Of a stretch of DNA of 64,000 nucleotides, positions 61,601 through 64,000 are shown piece after piece. Source of the stretch: an uncultured Gammaproteobacteria bacterium. GTDB lineage: Bacteria; Patescibacteriota; Patescibacteriia; Magasanikbacterales; UBA922. The notes beneath the pieces were generated by a model. That model was not told the origin of the DNA. It made no database searches and saw only the letters and a list, made by a program, of their open reading frames with translations. The stretch is from positions 81,934 through 145,933 of the forward strand of contig CAZMHV010000002.1 of assembly GCA_964566225.1 (NCBI GenBank), in the 5' to 3' direction. Position 1 is the stretch's first letter. Each line of letters opens with the position of its first letter. The translations under genes were made by a program, and so were the position numbers.

Positions 61601-64000
61601 TGATTGTAATATGCCAGGTCTTCCACCCGAACAACGAACTGGCAAATGTAGTTTGGTATCCAAAATTGAAAACCACATTGGTTTCAAAGGTTTCTGTTTG
61701 GAGCCTGATTATAGTCGCCCAACATTTCTCAAAAATCAGCCATACGAATGTTTGACTTGGCTGCCAATTCAAGTTTCTGCTTCCAATGTGGACGTATATA
61801 ACGCACATACCAGTGCTGGATATGATTTGTCGAGAGATGCAGGGAGTGGCAATGCTGGTCAGGTGTATTGTAGTGTTGCAACGGATGTAGGACACTATCT
61901 TGGCGATGCTCGATATGATGTTTCGTTCAATGGTTTACCTCCTGAATATCAAGATGACTTTAATGGGATTTATAAAAATAATGGTTCTTTGAACCTTGTA
62001 GAGGGAGACGATTATGATCGTGATACTGATATACATCATAACTCAGAGTGGAATGATTATGCTAGAAATATAGTAAGTCAAGAGTTAAAACGTATATATA
62101 CGGTTGTAAATTCTCACTGGAGAAATATAAATGGTAAAAGAAATGACAACCAGCACGTCTTACGTATTGAATACAACTCATCATGTCGTGATTGTGGAAA
62201 TATCGAAAACAACGAAGGTTGGGAAGATTTTGGATCATTTTGGCTCGACCCAAATGACCATGGTGAAAGTGTTCTTCGTGCAGGTTCCACTGGTGCTGTA
62301 TATGCATTTGTCCCTCGTCAGACATTTGACCACGTAGGTTTGTATGAGTTTGGCACCATCATGCATCCTCCCCGTATTTGGGACAATGACCAGTTTGAAA
62401 ACTTACTCACAAATGATCCCCGATCTTTTTCTGTCGCACCTCAAGATGTAATGAATCCACATATTCCTGCGTTTCAATCTCGACTGGCAACCTTTTTTAT
62501 GAGTCCAGAAGCAAGTAATCATCACTTAACCAATGCAGCAGAACGTCCAAATGGTCGGTCAAGTATTTGGAACATGATTGACGATAGAGTCTATATTTCA
62601 CCATTAGAAAAGCATTTGAGAGAAGCTGATATAGAGAGTATTAATCTTGTTCCATTAGCATTTCCTAAGAATCCATCAAATAATGACGAAGTCCCTGCTC
62701 TTATGAGTTCAGAATTGGTTATTGACTTCAATGCACTTCGTAGACTTCCCGAAGGTGGTCAAGCTCAGGTAAAAGTTGTACTCGAAGCACAGGCAGATAA
62801 CAATAATGGAAACTTCTTACCAGCCAAAGCTGAACCAGACTCTGTACTGTGGACATATCGTCTTAACAATGTTTCTGGATCCACATTTAATTTCAAAAAT
62901 TATAATCATTTCACCGAAATGGATGACGCGATAAAAAATAATCCACGAAATCAAATTGCAACGAGATATGTCATGGTATACACTGATTCTTTGCAAGATA
63001 CCAATAGACTCCCTTCTTTTATCCAGTCACATGTTGCTTCAAACGGTCAAATAAATGCCAACAATATTGCGAGTCCTCCAAGTAATTCTGACTCAGATCC
63101 TTTTTCTGTTCCTTGTACCGAAGATACTGATGGGTTCAACAAAGATTGGATCGCGGTAGGACTTGATTTCAATGCAGATGGTGAATTTTTAGGATACATT
63201 TCTCGGTACTGCAATAGGTTCAATGCTGCGGTAGAAATGGCAGTGGTGGCCAAAATAAATGACTCATGTAGTGAGTTTATGCAGGTGTATAATGATCAAG
63301 AAAACATTGTGAGTGGTCAAACCAACAAAGCCTGGACCCAAAAGGTATGGACTGGTGCAAAGATGTGGGTTCAAAATCAGCTTGTGGAAAGTAAAATTAA
63401 ATCATCTATCACTCGGAGTCTTTCATATGGACCTTTTGGTTCATTGTACTTGGCTGGGTCAGATGTAGCCACGGTCGCTGGTCTGGTCAATGGTGAAAAT
63501 GCTTTTGTGTATAACAATCAACGAGTTGAAGAGAACCAAAAAATTGCTATCAACAAGTTAAGAAATTATACATTTAGTGGAAGACCAGTAGAGAGTCTTC
63601 CGGCCAATCAGTATTCAGGGGTACCATACTCATGTACTTCTCGATGGTTTGGTATTGATCGTGATGCAGATATAAATCAAGCTATTGCACCAGACTTTGC
63701 ATTTTTGAAGTTTCGGTCAAATGTTGGTGACCATGATTGTTTTGGGGTAAATCCTTATATTGAAAATGGTTCCGAAGATATTGTTCAAAATTTACGGAGT
63801 CATATGAATGATACCGATCCAAATACAGAGATTTTAGGTCTGTTTGCAAAATCCTTTGCTACCCTTGAGTTCAATGTGTTAAATAATCAGAGTAGAACGC
63901 TTCAACTGAGAAAGGTAGTCGATCAATCATTCTTGGATAAATCATATCGCAGCAATGAATATACTGAAAATGGTGTGAACATTAAGTTGCTTCCACCACA
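55623..64000 (+). CDS. giant Cys-rich secreted/surface protein, 3' partial (>2,790 aa within the window)
   Basis: In-frame ATG at 55623 with a signal/TM segment (VTLFVVGMLQVFSFLLVAPVFAQA). My reading in this frame found no stop to the window end. Only short ORFs appear on other frames and strands here. Many spaced Cys pairs. Confidence 0.6.
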   Translation, partial: MLEFFSPKRKFVKVTLFVVGMLQVFSFLLVAPVFAQAGQPVSDYTTELNTYVTANVLLADKAKKEVDQGLLATGVASIIHAFSYFMDKIAYDTAQYVANGGKGQSALVFRKGFKSYIEDTALDAAGDFIENFSTNALGINLCQIPDPHLAIFLTLGFKSIYGKGGPQSSCSWQQFRNNWSREAFEQRYGPGGSRFLAETFSANLKVSNTDFGVGLSAIAKLDKVTAQAKTAAADDRKEGQGYKAVTAMITGNILTPSQVVQKETDVATNHYKVEANNQQLAGILASGANQVFWHAGSVFLNTLTSEMINKLLTQGMFPDIGDDGSAVEGGFYNSPQNRLNGAANPYAQLLTARPSTQVNNYNIISEFATCPDAPGMNNCVIDTDFQRALDIGNSDKPLTIQEALDKGLLHGNWPLISPKREADNASPNHDCYQGKYCYSNIQKLRKVNILPLGFEIAALRSDPDQPWTLETVVRNFETCYRVNGQGNPDPNGTIIRENAAFPFCHLINPNWIIRVPALQCMGKVITDSLLSPDSAQRREECLDVKTCINEGENGSCGGTYAYCTQEKNIWRIPGQSCPAEYNTCTTYMNNSTRQAASYLARTVDYGECSIDTVGCRAYAIQKYGAGNWLGSGDVDDSDNHKTFRALHDTTDIIYFDNAIKAQSTVCRPGNNGCTLFYGAVQDTTTGQYQKTSNNKFIEDKNVQIHLKKAPDYLKCYDSNQASPDIDWPTTLADVETNVSQSEQCNAFASVCLESEIGCEAYTPLDAKQVALAGVPQIPGMIGAQNVCSSDCVGYATFKQEADKFSNEKFPLYFIPQNGKSCDAKYTGCSEFTNIDTRAQGGEKKEYYTDLKYCEKPLADQSNIKTFYTWEGSINQGLSLKTVKILPVSAEENTYLNAVLADEDAKYIDQFPVGSPAYGDDSKIALMGAVTQCNKENYLIRQNNPYDVDAAVPDCKAYYDDAGNIFYRVSGDDSKSLNKLVTISPACHPLRKTNPEFFADIALQGNSDACLRKGGNYDPAQGTCQRCMNGGRFENNSCVYQTISAPGQSTSCPAVANGCRSYTGSTANNVNEIFNDDFEGATDEEVAQMVAPWKPARNVRISVEAAQAGAHSLEVSGPANQVVNRQIEPGSFKSDSWYEVTFWAKGSGRNVSVALSQTENNARVVKADFSLDPLTGEHVAASIDQDWHAYHLGPVQFIGATSTPLMLDFVLEGNNNLPVYIDHVRFTQVRDHIPLIKDSWKTSEGYDAPLSCDSDPLDALPGERLGCSAYKDSNNKIRFATGFEKLCREKAVGCQPLWDTFNTVEGDDADKKLVYNVLCQVNPQAANMAKVENGKCTLYRAGNLNKPAGECAIKNQFEPYCYVSKVVLEADENFSISFGNNALTRSTVIVPADTASSTPIFLANRKDFRCSETERGCMAVGLENQLISTATVSTSYKYTDMMVKNDPALYDKTLCRSDLVGCDEFKNNNNVTYFKDPKIIGNKTCVYKEKGNTDTFGWFQDGVGRCTANSDRLCRTNDDCDRGDTCNSATLNTVACYEDYQREGGMYDLWSNNTQQYDGFVGSCPNNYNLCTELIDPADTSSVHPAGQAYYVIFNNQVTSQVSKCDGKVSLSEGCVLFNKTDQPNKLYDSVATYTNSENANPKYSPVAPVSTGRSLNTNLILKVNRDRMCSRWLDCATSIRQTDASGKPVDLCYAFRECEQQEGGVCTKWVDNFANNSTVQQAATRITYGNYIKRGTSWYDNEFTGYSLYNKFRIDNMIYVSFDNDVLKSTYKLLEGDVEKMVDRQYLAYEMDGQFFTGESRGKGCFPDPANPNVSTDMKICGYDNGGRCYKNKCIYPITGVFPAGIDPVSAVDATRRSSMITLLNALTSNSCKGHPEITGPFEIQTVLDKDANPVKKYLFDGDGFNAGLFRLEVRNPRSGFSNANYCQDEECSCGYKKIYYNGNSLPDYVDLQKPVNSRGVCISGDIPVRNDDGTVNNQRTQSAVGSYCQNDNDCNMPGLPPEQRTGKCSLVSKIENHIGFKGFCLEPDYSRPTFLKNQPYECLTWLPIQVSASNVDVYNAHTSAGYDLSRDAGSGNAGQVYCSVATDVGHYLGDARYDVSFNGLPPEYQDDFNGIYKNNGSLNLVEGDDYDRDTDIHHNSEWNDYARNIVSQELKRIYTVVNSHWRNINGKRNDNQHVLRIEYNSSCRDCGNIENNEGWEDFGSFWLDPNDHGESVLRAGSTGAVYAFVPRQTFDHVGLYEFGTIMHPPRIWDNDQFENLLTNDPRSFSVAPQDVMNPHIPAFQSRLATFFMSPEASNHHLTNAAERPNGRSSIWNMIDDRVYISPLEKHLREADIESINLVPLAFPKNPSNNDEVPALMSSELVIDFNALRRLPEGGQAQVKVVLEAQADNNNGNFLPAKAEPDSVLWTYRLNNVSGSTFNFKNYNHFTEMDDAIKNNPRNQIATRYVMVYTDSLQDTNRLPSFIQSHVASNGQINANNIASPPSNSDSDPFSVPCTEDTDGFNKDWIAVGLDFNADGEFLGYISRYCNRFNAAVEMAVVAKINDSCSEFMQVYNDQENIVSGQTNKAWTQKVWTGAKMWVQNQLVESKIKSSITRSLSYGPFGSLYLAGSDVATVAGLVNGENAFVYNNQRVEENQKIAINKLRNYTFSGRPVESLPANQYSGVPYSCTSRWFGIDRDADINQAIAPDFAFLKFRSNVGDHDCFGVNPYIENGSEDIVQNLRSHMNDTDPNTEILGLFAKSFATLEFNVLNNQSRTLQLRKVVDQSFLDKSYRSNEYTENGVNIKLLPP

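Overview
Low-GC (~38-40%) bacterial chromosomal segment with compact, mostly plus-strand gene organisation; the gene content is consistent with a small-genome Patescibacteria/CPR-like organism using the standard code (TGA used as stop). Recognisable genes: kbl (5' partial), glmS, a sucC-like / sucD-like / citrate-synthase-like trio, peptidase U32, gmk, rplS, uvrA, rpsB-tsf, gap, pgk, a sensor histidine kinase, bactofilin, yidC, groES-groEL behind a CIRCE-like operator, prfB (no frameshift), tsaC and a polysaccharide gene cluster. RNA genes: tRNA-Arg(CCG), an unusual tRNA-Ile(UAU), tRNA-Leu(GAG), and an RNase P RNA on the minus strand that the ORF track does not show. Accessory signals: (i) a ~2.6 kb high-GC (~58%), high-GC3 segment with two hypothetical genes, wedged between tRNA-Leu (whose last 18 bp are repeated 150 bp downstream, att-like) and rnpB; (ii) a small high-GC3 membrane-protein gene between gap and pgk; (iii) an E1/ThiF-like gene next to a nitroreductase-like gene and an unknown gene inside the glycolysis block; (iv) a SET-domain protein and a Lys/Ala-repeat histone-H1-like protein; (v) a sucC/sucD/citrate-synthase-domain trio resembling a split ATP-citrate lyase; (vi) an open reading frame of at least 2,790 codons for a Cys-rich secreted protein running off the 3' end. 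No CRISPR array, integrase or transposase was seen.
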